64,000 nt of DNA from Eledone cirrhosa (taxonomy: Eukaryota), in NCBI GenBank assembly GCA_964016885.1, contig OZ024760.1, forward strand, positions 15,996,001 through 16,060,000, read 5' to 3'. The translations under genes were made by a program, and so were the position numbers. Shown in pieces: positions 40,434-55,899 of the stretch. Position 1 is the stretch's first letter; each line of letters opens with the position of its first letter. The notes under the pieces were generated by a model, which ran no database searches, was not told where the DNA came from, and saw only the letters and a list, made by a program, of their open reading frames with translations.

Positions 40434-41113
40434 TATGTCTAGATGTATGTATGTATATATATATGCGTATATATATTTATATATAGTTCTTTTGTTTTAG
40501 TTAATCCGGTTTTGCTTTTCAAGTTGTACTCGTTGATCAACTACCGGCATGTCGACAGGGTTAAGCACTCGACCTAGTTTATTTTCCAAGTTGTGATCTA
40601 ATCATGCTGGCCCACGTACCACCACAGAGTACCAGCATTGGTAGTATTCTGTACTAGCTGCCACAGCTGGTTCTGTTGTTGTCATACCAGCCAACCCCTA
40701 AAAACTCAAACGGGGAGTACCATGAAAAAACGTGGCCCAAAATGGGGAGAAATGAGGCAAAATGAGGAGATTTTAAATAATTGTTTCTACTTTTGGCACA
40801 AAGCCAGCAATTACCCAGCAATTACCCAGTACATTACTGGTACTTTATGTTATCGACCCCGTAAGGATGAAAGGCAAAGTTAACCTCGGCGGGATTTGAA
40901 CTCAGAATGGCAAGGGCCGTAACTCGATGCGTCACATAATGAAAGGTAAACCTATTTTCACTAGAAAATTCATCTCCCCATTGGACAGGGAGAGTTGACA
41001 AGTCTGTGGTGTGGTTCCTGGTTTTGTTGTCAGAGACCACCCCCACACAAACTGCAGGAGTTTGTGGAGACTTCTGGTGTCCTTGGCCCCCCCAGGGTCA
41101 CCTCCCTACTCAC

Positions 41114-41202
41114 CACCTTCGGCACAGAGGTGGCTATCCGCAGGTGTGAATCTCCATCGCCACCACCACCACCACCATGGTGATAATCAGCATTGTCGTC
41201 TG
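41114..41202 (-). CDS. Candidate 89-nt exon (xDDNADYHHGGGGGGDGDSHLRIATSVPKV), gene assignment unknown
   Basis: TTTACAG acceptor after T-rich sequence, GTG|GTGAGT donor, one open frame (read-through stop at 41032-41030). No family recognised. Confidence 0.25.
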
Positions 41203-41269
41203 CTGTAAACGTTTATCAGTGAAACCAGAAAAAGTCTAACAAAGACAGCAGAAAAATGGCGTCAATAAA

Positions 41270-42510
41270 CTGAGTTAACAACAACAATAACAACAATATC
41301 AACAACAACAACATTATCAACAACAACAATATCAACAATATTTTCAACAAATGTAACCTTGAAAATAGCTACCATGATACAGCATAAACAATATAATAAC
41401 AGCAATAACAACAACAGTAATAACAACAACAGTAATAACAACAACAACAATATCAACAACAACAGTAATAACAACAATAGCAATAACAACAACAGCAATA
41501 ACAACAACAACAGCAATAACAACAACAACAGCAATAACAACGATAGCAATAACAACAACAGCAATAACAACAACAGTAATAACAACAGCAACAATATCAA
41601 CAACAATAGCAATAACAACAACAGTAATAACAACAACAACAATAACAACAACAATAGCAATAACAAAAATAGCAATAACAACAACAGCAATAACAACAAC
41701 AGCAATAAGAACAACAGTAATAACAACAACAACAATATCAACAACAATAGCAATAACAACAACAGTAATAACAACAACAACAATAACAACAACAACAGCA
41801 ATAACAACAACAGCAATAACAACAACAGCAATAACAACAACAGCAATAACAACAACAACAATAAGACAATAACAATAAAACAATAACAACAACAACAAAG
41901 TCATCAACAATAACAACAACAACAATAATTATAGCTACACTGTTGCATTCACTCCAGAATGTCTACCTAACAAAACCTTTGATCACCCACCACCACCATC
42001 ACTACAACCACCATCACTACAACCACCACCACCACCACCACCATCACTACAACCACCATCACTACAACCACCACCACCACCACCACCATCACTACAACCA
42101 CCACCACCACTACAACCACCACCACCACCACCACCACCATCACTACAACCACCACCACCACTACAACCACCACCACCATCACTACAACCACCACCACCAC
42201 CACCATCACTACAACCACCACCACCATCACTACAACCACCACCACCACCACCACCATCACTACAACCACCACCACCACTACAACCACCACCACCACCACC
42301 ACTACAACCACCACCACCATCACTACAACCACCACCACCACCACCACTACAACCACCACCACCACCACCATCACTACAACCACCACCACCACCACCACCA
42401 CCACCACAACCACCACCACCATCAGCTTCATCACTAACACCACCACCACAAACACCACCACAACCACCAACATCACCATCATAACCACCTCTATCACCAC
42501 CACCACCACC
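41270..42510. repeat. (AAC/AAT/AGC)n then (CAC/TAC)n trinucleotide arrays
   Basis: Direct reading. Confidence 0.95.
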
Positions 42511-42653
42511 CTTTCCATCAATTCCTCCCCCTCCAGTTCTATTACAGTAACACCTCCCCTTCCCCTCCCTCCCACACAATCAGCTATGCAATATAATATG
42601 CAGATTTCTGCAACTCGTGCAGTTGGCAATAATACAGCATACTGACACCAGCA

Positions 42654-42693
<40 letters not shown>

Positions 42694-42753
42694 TGTGTGT
42701 ATGCATGTGTACAAATATGTATGTATATATGTATATATAATGTGTATATATAT

Positions 42754-42791
<38 letters not shown>

Positions 42792-42804
42792 GTATATATC
42801 TATG

Positions 42805-42855
<51 letters not shown>

Positions 42856-42864
42856 ATATCTATG

Positions 42865-42902
<38 letters not shown>

Positions 42903-42964
42903 TATGTAGAAATAAACAGTAAATTGTGTGTTTAAAATTATATATATATATATATGTATATCTA

Positions 42965-43002
<38 letters not shown>

Positions 43003-43258
43003 TATATATATATGAATGTGTTTTGCGAGGTTTTTTATATGTAATGGTGTGTCGAAACAAATATTATATTTGGGGAGAGTCATATTGTTGTAATAATATT
43101 GCCAGAATTAATAACAGAACACACTCACTGTTTGGTTGGTTTCCGCCTCTGTATCTTTTATATCAGTTAATTCATTCGGTCCTCAATGTTTACCATTGAT
43201 TGACCAACGGTCAAAAATACAGATATAATATAGATATAAACACATATATATAGTCTAA

Positions 43259-43296
43259 CAAAGTTCTTTCGTTGCACATCTGCAACATCGTCAGTG
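43259..43296 (-). ncRNA. Minimal hammerhead in a diverged copy (43015-43340) of the 24748 family
   Basis: CA-CTGACGA-T-GTTGCA-GATG-TGCAAC-GAAA-GAAC-TT-TG; stem II differs in sequence from 24905 but stays paired. Confidence 0.7.
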
Positions 43297-43378
43297 GAGC
43301 TATTATGTTCCTCCTGTTGTATTGTATATTTACGCCAGAAAGATGAGGTAAATAGACAATACTATATATAATATTATA

Positions 43379-44040
43379 TATTTATTAAAATAACAGATTA
43401 AAGTTTAAGCAAAGAATCGCTGCGTATGCTTGTGATTGTACGTATCTGTTTGCGTGTATGTATGTATTTGTTTCTATTACTTCTGTATTGTATTTATTTA
43501 CTTTGTTCTTAACTCTGTAGCGGAGATTCATTTGGTCTCCTAGTTAGAATTTTAGTCTACGATTTCTGCTATACCATTTACGCGGTTTTGTCTTTGCGTG
43601 CTATTGTTCTCCACGCTCCACATATGACTTATTATCTTCGTTTTTTCGTTCATTGCCAGAGAACGTCTCTATGCACCACCTAAGAGAACATTAGTCTACG
43701 ACCTCTTTTATACCATAAATGTGGTTCTGTCTTTGCGTGTAATTGTTTTTCACCGCTCCTATTAATGACGTATTATTCGTTTTTTCCCGTTCTTTGCCAG
43801 CGAACGTCACCATGAACCAAAGTATCGTCTGCCTGTCTTCCTCCGGTTGCAACGTTTTTTGAAATATCCATTCTGCGTTTACAGATTGACTTTGTTAGTT
43901 TCAGAAGATCCCGTTAAGGGTGAAAGCAGCGATTCTTTGCTTAAACTTTAATCTGTTATTTTAATAAATATTTGCTCTACGGTTCTTATATATTTGATAT
44001 ATATTTTCCTTATCGAGCCCTCTTTGGATTTTAGTCTTCA
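43379..44040 (+). mobile_element. Penelope-like element remnant: 45-bp inverted 5' copy, internal ~140-bp diverged duplication, degenerate hammerhead
   Basis: 43379-43423 is the reverse complement of 43926-43970; CAGAAGA-TCCC-GTTAA-GGGT-GAAA at 43902-43925 ends exactly where the inverted segment begins. Confidence 0.55.
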
Positions 44041-44058
44041 ATTTTATTATTATTACTA

Positions 44059-44098
<40 letters not shown>

Positions 44099-44102
<4 letters not shown>

Positions 44103-44293
44103 AAAAAGTATGACCCCGACGGCAGAGCTCAAGCCGTTTCGACGGCTATTATTTGAGTCCTGAAATAGCCGTCGAAACGGCTTGAGCTCCGCCGTCGGGG
44201 TCATACTTTTTCCTATTTCCCACTCTACTACCTTAAGTATTGAGTACTCTGGTGCGTTATGGTCCATTTGGTTCCTTACCACATTTCCTTCGT
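44099..44293 (+). mobile_element. Fold-back element family P
   Basis: Same palindrome plus tail as 36102. Confidence 0.8.
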
Positions 44294-44371
44294 GTATATA
44301 TATATATATTATATATAGTATTGTATATTTACGCCACCTTATATATATATATATATTATATATATATATAT

Positions 44372-44416
<45 letters not shown>

Positions 44417-44424
44417 TTATAATA

Positions 44425-44456
<32 letters not shown>

Positions 44457-44469
44457 TATATTTATAATA

Positions 44470-44542
<73 letters not shown>

Positions 44543-44885
44543 TATATATTATATATAAATGAAAGGTATAGAAAACATTGTAGCGAAAAGCCAACAGTAT
44601 TCCATAATACTATATATATATATTGTATATATATATACATTATATATATATATACATTATATATATATATACATTATATATATATATACATTATATATAT
44701 ATATACATTATATATATATATACATTATATATATATATACATTATATATATATACATTATATATATATACATTATATATATATACATTATATATATAATT
44801 ATATATATACATTATATATATATATATATATAATATTATATATATATACATATTATATATATATACATATTATACATATACATAT

Positions 44886-44916
<31 letters not shown>

Positions 44917-44984
44917 TATATAATATATATATATAATATATATATATATTAAATCAAGATTCCAATTTCATATCACACCATCTA

Positions 44985-45026
<42 letters not shown>

Positions 45027-45720
45027 TATATATAGATAGATAGATGGTGTGATATGAAATCAGAATCTTACTTTAAGTATCAACGCGTGAGTCCATGATG
45101 AAATAATACGCCAGTCTTTATGGATGTGACAACTCCCATGCATGGAATGTTGATAATGTCATCCATATAAAGTTCCAGCTTAGAGCTTTCTTACTAATCA
45201 TACAGCAGTCTTAAATCAGTCATACTACACTCATATAGCAGTTTAACAACAGTCTAACTACAGTCTTATAGCAGTCATACTGCAGTCATACAACAGTCTT
45301 ATAGCAGTCTAATTACAGTCATACAACAGTCTTAGATTTTTCTAACTACAGTCTTACAACAGTCTTATAGCAGTTTAATAACAGTCATACAACAGTCTTA
45401 TAACAGTCTAATTACAGTCTTAAACCAGTCATACTACAGTCATACAACAGTCTTATATCAATTTAACAACAGTCATAGTACAGTCTTAGAGCAGTCAAAC
45501 TACAGCCATATATAGATGTATATGTGTGTGTATATATATATATGTCTGTATATATATATATATATATATATAGATAGATAGATATATATGTATGTGTGTG
45601 TATGTGTGTGTATATATATATGTGTGTGTATATATATATGTGTGTGTATATATATATATGTCTGTGTGTATATATATATATATATATGTGTGTGTTTATA
45701 TATATATATATGTGTGTGTT

Positions 45721-45755
<35 letters not shown>

Positions 45756-45770
45756 ATATATACATATATA

Positions 45771-45803
<33 letters not shown>

Positions 45804-45959
45804 GTACATACACACACACTTTTACACACAGACATATATACATATACGATGTATGTGTTCGATCTGTCTACTAGAATTATTACAACTAAACACAGCCATT
45901 GATCTCTTCCATTCAATTGATCGATTCTTTGATGATTCAATGGCTTTTCAACAAATACC

Positions 45960-46003
<44 letters not shown>

Positions 46004-46057
46004 ACATATATATATATATATATTCATAAACACACACACTCATTCACTCTCCGTATC

Positions 46058-46139
<82 letters not shown>

Positions 46140-46227
46140 CTTCACAAATACACACACATATACATATATATACACTGACACAAATACACACACACATATA
46201 TATATATATATACATATATATTCACTT

Positions 46228-46273
<46 letters not shown>

Positions 46274-46282
46274 TATTCACTT

Positions 46283-46316
<34 letters not shown>

Positions 46317-46639
46317 CACAATATATTAATAAATGGAAACTATATTTATAAAACCATATTTATTTTATTATATATATTTTAAGGGCATCCAAGGCAAATT
46401 ATGGTGCGCTTTCATCAGATAAAAGACAGATTTGTTTTATAAATAACTATTGACACGCCCGGAAAAAAGACAACCTATAACGGTTGGAGCTTCCTCAACA
46501 AATGAAATATAACCTCTGCATATATATATACATATATATTCACTACACATACACACACACTCTTATATATATATATATATATACTACCTTGATTAAATCT
46601 TAACCATTTAACATCTCAGGGTATGTCATGTATCCTTAT

Positions 46640-46692
46640 ATTTTGTCTGATGAGGACGTACTGTTGTACATCCGAAATATGTATAATAAAAT
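46640..46692 (+). ncRNA. Minimal type I hammerhead, intact core
   Basis: ATTTTGT-CTGATGA-GGACGTAC-TGTT-GTACATCC-GAAA-TATGTA-TA-ATAAAAT; downstream tail shared with 37630-37708. Confidence 0.8.
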
Positions 46693-46839
46693 GTAATTGA
46701 TAAAAAGAACATCTATTTTATTAATATTTGTATTTTAATATTAATAACTCTGGAAAATTATTTATATTTCCGTAGAGTGCTTCCAATCTACTGTAAAACT
46801 CATTCTTTGATATACTCATTGAATCTTGTTTAACTCTTT

Positions 46840-46953
<114 letters not shown>

Positions 46954-47055
46954 CTTCACACACACTCACACACACATTATATAAATATATATATATACAC
47001 ACATATATTCACTTTACAAACACACACATATATACATATATACACACTTACACAA

Positions 47056-47086
<31 letters not shown>

Positions 47087-47193
47087 CATATATATTCACT
47101 TCACACACACACACACATATATAAATATATATATACACACATATATTCACTTTACAAACACACATATATACATATATATACACACTTACACAA

Positions 47194-47224
<31 letters not shown>

Positions 47225-47238
47225 CATATATATTCACT

Positions 47239-47277
<39 letters not shown>

Positions 47278-47351
47278 AATATATATATACACACATATAT
47301 TCACTTTACAAACACACACATATATACATATATATATACACTTACACAAAT

Positions 47352-47385
<34 letters not shown>

Positions 47386-47654
47386 GTATATACATATATA
47401 TTCACTTCACACACACATACCCCCCCCCCCCCTCACATACATTTCCCCCCCCCACACAAACACTCACATACATTTACCCACACACACATGCACACACATA
47501 AAGACGTATAGATGTAGTCATCGATACAGAATCACGTATCTTACCTGTAAATCAATAATGTTGAATATCGATACAAAATCGAATGTTTTAAATCATTCTC
47601 TATCATCCATGTATGATCCGCACATCACTCGTTATTTATCCATATTCATTATTA

Positions 47655-47815
47655 GGGCGGTGGACTGACAGAATTGGTAGAGCGCCGAGGTTAGCGCTGT
47701 GCCTTTCATCTTTATAGAGTCGATAAAATAAAGTACCAGTAATACACTCGGGTCGATTTAATCGACTTTCCCATCCCACCAAAATTGCTGGCCTTGTGCC
47801 TATACTTAGAAATCC
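47655..47815 (+). mobile_element. SINE family B (internally deleted); further minus copies at 40780-40930 and 50437-50592
   Basis: Central domain and tail match 21430. Confidence 0.8.
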
Positions 47816-48148
47816 TTATTTGTTGAAACTCTTCAATGTTTGAAGATATAACCGCCACAATGCAGATAACTATAGTAATAGTTGAATAAATCAGGTAAAG
47901 GATCTTTGGAGACAGAAGGAAAAATGGACAGAGACAGGACCGGATTTAATGGGGGACGTGGGGGGGGGCAAAGGGGGCTGGTTGTCATCTGGACATAGGT
48001 CAACTGGATCATGACTGACCTAGGGTTAAACAACAGCATCTGATGTGATCACAACTGTGATCAACAGGATCAGGACTGACCTAGGGTTAAACAACAACAT
48101 CTGATGTGATCACAATTGTGGTCAACTGGATCATGACTGACCTAGGGC

Positions 48149-48211
<63 letters not shown>

Positions 48212-48930
48212 GCAACAACAACACCAGCATCACCACCGCCAGCACCAACGACAGCACCACCACCGCCACCACCGCCACCACCACCACACCCAACAACAAC
48301 AACAACAACAACAGCAACAACAACAACAGCATCACCACACCCAACAACAACAACAACAACAGCAACAACAACAACAGCATCACCACCGCCACCACCAACA
48401 CCACCACCACCAACAACAACAACGACAACACCACCACCGCCACCGCCACCACCAACAACAACAACGACAACACCACCACCGCCGCCACCACCACCAACAC
48501 CACCACCACACCCAACAACAACAACGACACCACCGCCACCACCAACACCACCACCAACGACAACACCACCGCCAACACCACCACCACACCCAACAACAAC
48601 AACGACACCGCCGCCACCACCAACACCACCACCAACGACAACAACACCACCACCACCACCACCACCACCACTACAACAACAACAACAACAACAGCAAGAA
48701 GTAATGTGTCAGGCAAAGTTTAGAAGTTGTTTATAATGGTGACAACCTAAGACCGACTTAGAATGAAGATTTTTTTTTCAAGGTGAAAATATCTCCACTT
48801 GTTTTGAAGAGACCCCGTAATTACTACGACAGATTTTCTGGTGGCTGGCAAGTGGCCATCTTGAATTTAACCTTCTCTCCAACTTTACCTTCTTTTCCAC
48901 CTTACCACCTCTCTCTGTAGCTACATACAC

Positions 48931-49045
<115 letters not shown>

Positions 49046-49345
49046 TAAATTACACACACACACATATATATACATACACATACATTACACACATACACAC
49101 ATACCTACATATAAACTTCACACACATACCTACTCATATACTATACACACACACCTACACCTACACTACACACACATATATATATACATACACACACACA
49201 CATATATATATATACATAAGTTACACACACATATATATATATATACATACACATACATTACACACATACCTACATATAAACTTCACACACATACCTACTC
49301 ATATACTATACACACACACCTACACCTACACTACACACCTACACT

Positions 49346-49415
<70 letters not shown>

Positions 49416-49912
49416 GCACGCATGTGAGAGAGAGGGTGTGTGTCTGAAAAGAGAGAGAGACTGAGTGTGAACTAGGAAGAGAGAGAGAGAGTGTGTGTAT
49501 GTGTGAACGGGAAAGAGTGTGTGTGTGTGTGTGTGTGTTTCTTTAAATGAGAAAGATTGAAAAGAAAGTGAGATATTTAAAAAGAAACACACATAAAGAA
49601 ATAAGAGGGGGAAGAGAAGAATACACACACACACACACACACACATACACACACTCCTATCTATCTATCTACCTAATAATAAATCCAATGGCTCAGACGG
49701 AATTCACAACATTTTCATTAGTTTATATATATATATATATATATATAACGAAGGAAATGTGGTAAGGAACCAGGTGGACCATAACGCACCAAAGTACTCA
49801 ATACTTAGGGTAGTAGAGTGGGTAATAGGAATATATATATATATATGCATATGTATCTATATGTCTCTTGGGTTGAAAAGGAGGTCATATATGTGATCAT
49901 TCATTAATAAAT

Positions 49913-49959
49913 TGCTCCGAAGAATCCAAACCTCGGTTTGAAGGAAACAATTGTAAGCA
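49913..49959 (+). ncRNA. Minimal hammerhead, partly mutated
   Basis: TGCT-CCGAAGA-ATC-CAAAC-CTCG-GTTTG-AAG-GAAA-CAATTG-TA-AGCA; palindromic ACAATTGT stem III. Confidence 0.6.
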
Positions 49960-49993
49960 TATAAATGATTTGAACAGAACTTTGATTCTTATA

Positions 49994-50084
<91 letters not shown>

Positions 50085-51957
50085 TATCTTCAATTTTAGC
50101 AGGCGACAGGTAACTGCACTAAAGCGCATGCGTTAAATAAATGACGATTACAAAATTATATATTAATTCAAAAATTAACTATAGTTTTCTCCCCCCTCAA
50201 CCTCATCACAACCAACACTACCATCAGCTGTGAGTTTATGTCAATTATATACAGTAAGTAAATGACATACCCTTTCTTCTGCCTCACACTATTACTATTG
50301 TCCTTCCCACCAAAACTTTTTTGTGGTTTTTAAACCCTTCCTCCAAATGTACTATATATGTACCAGTTAATTCAGTAGTAGCAGCAGCAGCAGCAGTAGT
50401 AGCAGTAGTAGTAAAAATGGTTTCTATTTCTATTATAGGCACAAGGCTAGGAATTTTGAGTGAGAGGAAAGTCGATTAAATCGACCCCCAGTACATTACT
50501 GGTACTTTATTTTATCGACCCCGTAAGGATGAAAGGCAAAGCTAACCTCGGCGGGATTTGAACTCAGAATGTAAAGGGCCGTAACTATATGCTGTGAACT
50601 CAACTGCTAGTAGTAGTAGTCGTAGTAGTAGCAGCTGTACAGCAGCAGCAGTAGTAGTAGTAGTAGTGGTAGCAGCAGCAATAGCAGTAGCAGTAGCAGT
50701 AGTAGTAATAGTAGTAGTAGTAGTAATAACAGCTGTAGTAGTAGTAGTAGTAGTAGCAGTAGTCTAGTAGTAGCAGTAGCAGTAGTAGTAGAAGCAGCAA
50801 TAACAGCAGCAGTAGTAGCAGTAGTAGTAGTCTAGTAGTAGCAGTAGCAGCAGCATCAGAAGTGATGATGATGATGATGATTTCATTTACAAGATGGCCA
50901 CCAGATGAAGGAGACATGACAAAGACATGTTACAACATTAAGTTTTAAGTTTTACATAGAAATGAAAAGAAAACGGGTGACAAGTTTACAAGAAGATGGC
51001 GTACAAGAAGACACTTTCTTCTACTCCTCCCGTCACTCTCTTGTATTGTACCTACCTCCAGTCTTTTACCCTTCTCACCCACTACGTTTACATATGACTC
51101 TCTCTCTCTCCCTCCCCTTCTCACCCACTACGTTTACATATGACTCTCTCTCTCTCCCTCCCCTTCTCACCCACTACGTTTACATATGACTCTCTCTCTC
51201 TCCCTCCCCTTCTCACCCACTACGTTTACATATGACTCTCTCTCTCTCTCCCTCCCCTTCTCACCCACTACGTTTACATATGACTCTCTCCCTCTTCCCT
51301 CCTCTCTCTCTTCCCTCCTCTCTCTCTCACCCCTTCTCACCCACTACGTTTACATATGACTCTCTCTCACTCTTCCCTCCTCTCTCCCCCTCCCCTTCTC
51401 ACCCACTACGTTTACATATGACTCTCTCTCTCTCTCTCTCTCTCTCCCCCCACTCCAACGAACTCCTCCTCCTCTCATTATTCCCTATATTCTCTCTCAC
51501 CCCTTCTCTTCTCACCCACTACGTTTACATATGACTCTCTCTTTCTCTCCTCCCACTCCAACTATCCCTTCCACGTCTCATTACTCCCTACACACTCTCA
51601 CCCTCTCTCCCCTCTCTGTCTACCCCCTATCTCTCCCACTCCAATGATCCCCTCCTCCTCCCATCACTCCCATACACTCCTCCCCCCACTCTCGCACATC
51701 CCTCCTCCTCTCTCACTCTCTCTATCTACCCCCTCTCTCTCTCTCACCAAGAATTCCCTCCTCCCCTCATCACTCCCAATACACCTCCCCCTCTCTTCCT
51801 ACACCTTACTGTTCAACTCCTCCTCCTCCCTTCACTACACAATACAATATGTCGTCTGCTTCAGTCAATTTAATATTTTACATCTTTTTCACTTCATTTT
51901 CTTTCAAATTCTCCATTATTTCACTTTTGTTTTTTTTACTTTTGCGCCCCCCCTCTC

Positions 51958-52000
<43 letters not shown>

Positions 52001-52508
52001 CTCTCTCTCTTATTCTCTCTCTCTCTCTCTGTCTGTCTTTCTTTCCTTTATATCTTTTGTTTGTTTGTTTGTTTCTTCCTTTCTCAAGCTTCTTTCCTTT
52101 TTTCTTTCTTCTTGGTTCTTTCTTTCTTTCTTTCTTTCTTTCTGTCTTTCTTTCCTTTTTTCTCAAGCTTCCTTTCTTTCCTTCCTTCTTTCTCAAGCTT
52201 TCTTTCTTTTATTCTTTCTTTCTTTCTTCCTTTCCTTCCTTTATATCTTTTGTTTCTTCCTGTCTATTTCCCTCTTCATCTTTTTTTCAAACTCCCATCT
52301 CTGCCTTTTCTCATTCTCATTCACCCCCCCCCCCCGCCCCCACACACATAACACCACCTCCCCCACCCCACACCACCCTTTCCTCTCATCCCATTGACAA
52401 GCCTCTCACCCCTCACACCCTCCCTCACCTCCACCCATCCTTCCTCTCCTTTCAAACAACATCACATCATCAGCTTCACATTATTTTTTTTTAAATTCAA
52501 TTTTCTTT

Positions 52509-52562
<54 letters not shown>

Positions 52563-52588
52563 TATATATATACACACACACATACACA

Positions 52589-52674
<86 letters not shown>

Positions 52675-52699
52675 TATATATATATATACACACATACAT

Positions 52700-52740
<41 letters not shown>

Positions 52741-52747
52741 AATATAT

Positions 52748-52941
52748 ATAACAAAGGAGGTGTGGTAAGGAACCAGATGGACCATAACGCACCAGAGTAC
52801 TCAATACTTAGGGTAGTAGAGTGGGTAATAGGAAAAAAGTATGACCCCGACGGCAGAGCTCAAGCCGTTTCGACGGGTATTTCAGTCCAGAAATAGCCGT
52901 CGAAACGGCTTGAGCTCTGCCGTCGGGGTCATACTTTTTCA
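52748..52941 (-). mobile_element. Fold-back element family P
   Basis: Tail 52748-52828, palindrome 52831-52941. Confidence 0.8.
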
Positions 52942-53045
52942 TATATATATATATATATATAGCAGCATCAACACTGCAACCATGCTACATATATATGTTG
53001 TAATAATATATACAAAGACCAAAATCCAGAAAGGACTTGATAAAG

Positions 53046-53126
<81 letters not shown>

Positions 53127-53131
<5 letters not shown>

Positions 53132-54053
53132 TCACTCCAGGTCGAGCCGTTACGCCTCCGAATTGAGAGATGAAAGCTCAGACATTATAGAAATGTGGTT
53201 AGAATATCCCAGGAAAGAATTGCTGGACAGATTTGTAGCTCGGAGATCAGAGAATCATTCCAGGTAGAGCTGCTACTTCTCCGAATTGAGAGATCACAGC
53301 TCCGATACTATGGGCATGTAGTTAGAATGTCTCGGGAAAGAATTGCTGGACAGATTTGTAGCTCAGAGATTAAACAGTCACTCCAGGTAGAACTGCTACT
53401 TCTCCGAATTGAGAGATCACAGCTCCGATACTATGGACATGTAGTTAGAATGTCTCGGGGAAAGAATTGCTGGACAGATTTGTAGCTCAGAGATGAGACA
53501 GTCACTCCAGGTAGAACTGCTACTTCTCCGAATTGAGAGATCACAGCTCCGATACTATGGACATGTAGTTAGAATGTCTCGGGAAAGAATTGCTGGACAG
53601 ATTTGTAGCTCAGAGATGAGACAGTCACTCCAGGTAGAGCTTCTACTTCTCCGAATTGAGAGATCACAGCTCCGATACTATGGACATGTAGTTAGAATGT
53701 CTCGGGAAAGAATTGCTGGACAGATTTGTAGCTCAGAGATGAGACAGTCACTCCAGGTAGAGCTGCTACTTCTCCGAATTGAGAGATCACAGCTCCGATA
53801 CTATGGACATGTAGTTAGAATGTTTCAAGAAAGAATCACTGGACAGATTTTACAGACGAAACCAACAGGTAGGAGACCCAGGGGTAGACCCTAAGCAAGA
53901 TGGTCGGATAACATCCATAAGCTTGGCTTGTCACGCTTGGGGTATCCAGCCAGATCAGATGGAGATGGTTGCTTCTAACAGGACCCACTGGAAGTGTTTG
54001 ATGACTTTGGCCCCCATGACCCTGCCAGGAATAAGTGGGCGAAGAAGAAGAAG
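53127..54053 (+). mobile_element. RTE LINE 3' end with 120-bp x6 tandem array
   Basis: Unit RQSLQVELLLLRIERSQLRYYGHVVRMSRERIAGQICSSEM; ends ...KPTGRRPRGRP; (GAA)n tail. Confidence 0.88.
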
Positions 54054-54345
54054 TATATAATTGATCTATAAAGGTATTGTAAAGAACATCTTTAGGGAAT
54101 GAAACATATGTATATCAAATAAATGATGTATTGACTGTTGAACCTTGGTGATCGATTTCTGTATTAATATACGTTCTGTGATATTAAATCTAAGATGACC
54201 GGAAGTATACCAACTGACTGGAAGTATACCAACTGGATTTACCTCTGAAATATCTCTCACTAGTCTGGGTATAGAATAAACCACATCTGAGCTTTATATA
54301 TCTGAACACCTTATATATTATCAACTTATAGAAGTTACCATATAC

Positions 54346-54382
<37 letters not shown>

Positions 54383-54457
54383 ATATTCTATCATACTCTG
54401 CTCTGTAAGAGCATAGAGTGCTTAACCGGCATACCGCCTATGGAAGCATCTTAGCTA

Positions 54458-54561
<104 letters not shown>

Positions 54562-54728
54562 TATATATATATATATAACACTTTTCAAAAAAAATAAATC
54601 ATACACAAAACGCCAGCACCAATAGTTTTCCAGATGTCAACATGAATGGATCTGTCATTTTTATCTAAAAACATTTTTTTCCAATTCAAACCTGCTCGTC
54701 ACTTCAATCTATCTTATTTTTCATTTTT

Positions 54729-54764
54729 TCTTCTGATGAAGGACTAGCGTCCGAAACGTTAAGA
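54729..54764 (+). ncRNA. Minimal hammerhead
   Basis: TCTT-CTGATGAA-GGAC-TAGC-GTCC-GAAA-CGTT-AAGA. Confidence 0.7.
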
Positions 54765-54869
54765 CCCTCTTCTTGCTATATCAAGCGTTAACCTAATATA
54801 TACCTTCTTCCATATACTGTACCGATTGTGTTGTTATTTCTGTTTACCTTTTATACACACACACACACA

Positions 54870-54939
<70 letters not shown>

Positions 54940-54980
54940 GAAAGGTATAGAAAGTATTGTAGCAAGAAGCCAACAGTATT

Positions 54981-55036
<56 letters not shown>

Positions 55037-55080
55037 AATACTGTTGGCTTCTTGCTACAATACTTTCTATACCTTTCATT

Positions 55081-55129
<49 letters not shown>

Positions 55130-55671
55130 TGTTGTTGTAGTATCAGTGTTGATGTTGTAGTGTTGTTGTTGTTAATGTTGTTGTTGTTGTTGTTGTTGTA
55201 GTTATAGTGTTGTTGTTGTTGTTGTAGTTATTGTTGTATGAGGTCGTTAAGTCTGTTATTCTAGAGATAGTCTGCCATAAACCATCTCATCACGAGATAT
55301 TTACACACAAAATAACACAACAAAACAATGGTCCATCCCTCCCTCTCCTCCTCCTCCTCCTCCCCTTCTCCTCTTCCTCCTCCTCATACTATTCTTCTTC
55401 TTCTTCTTACTCTACTCCTCTTTCCCCTCTTCTCTCTCTCTCTCCTCCTCCTTCTTCTCTCCTTATTTTTCCTCTTTCTCTTCTCCCCCCTTCCCCCTTT
55501 CCTTCTCCCACTCCCCCTATCCCCTCCCACCACGCCCTCCTTAACCCCCCCCCCCCCCCCCGCCATCCTATGCCTTTCTCCTTATACAACACAGTAACAT
55601 CAGTCCATCCCTAACATTAACTTAACTTAACTTCCTCGCTAACATGATACATTATTTATAGAAGATTGGTA

Positions 55672-55850
55672 GTGATCGGTAGAGCGTCCGTCGGACAACT
55701 AGCTTATGGGCAAAGAGTTACGCCCCTTTACATTCTGAGTTCAAATCCCGCCGAGGTTAGCTTTGCCTTTCATCCATACGGGGTCGATAAAACAAAGTAC
55801 CAGTAATGCACTGGAGTAATTGCTGGCCTTGTGCCTATATAAGAAACCAT
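55672..55850 (+). mobile_element. SINE family B
   Basis: Head, B box, central domain and tail. Confidence 0.85.
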
Positions 55851-55899
55851 TATTTATAGAAGTTATGTTCTATTCGTCTACAGACTAACCACTGTATGA

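Noticed and set aside
47540-47650. Strong minus-strand donor CAG|GTAAGA at ~47544
   Set aside because: No acceptor or convincing frame; abuts a SINE; at most a non-coding exon.
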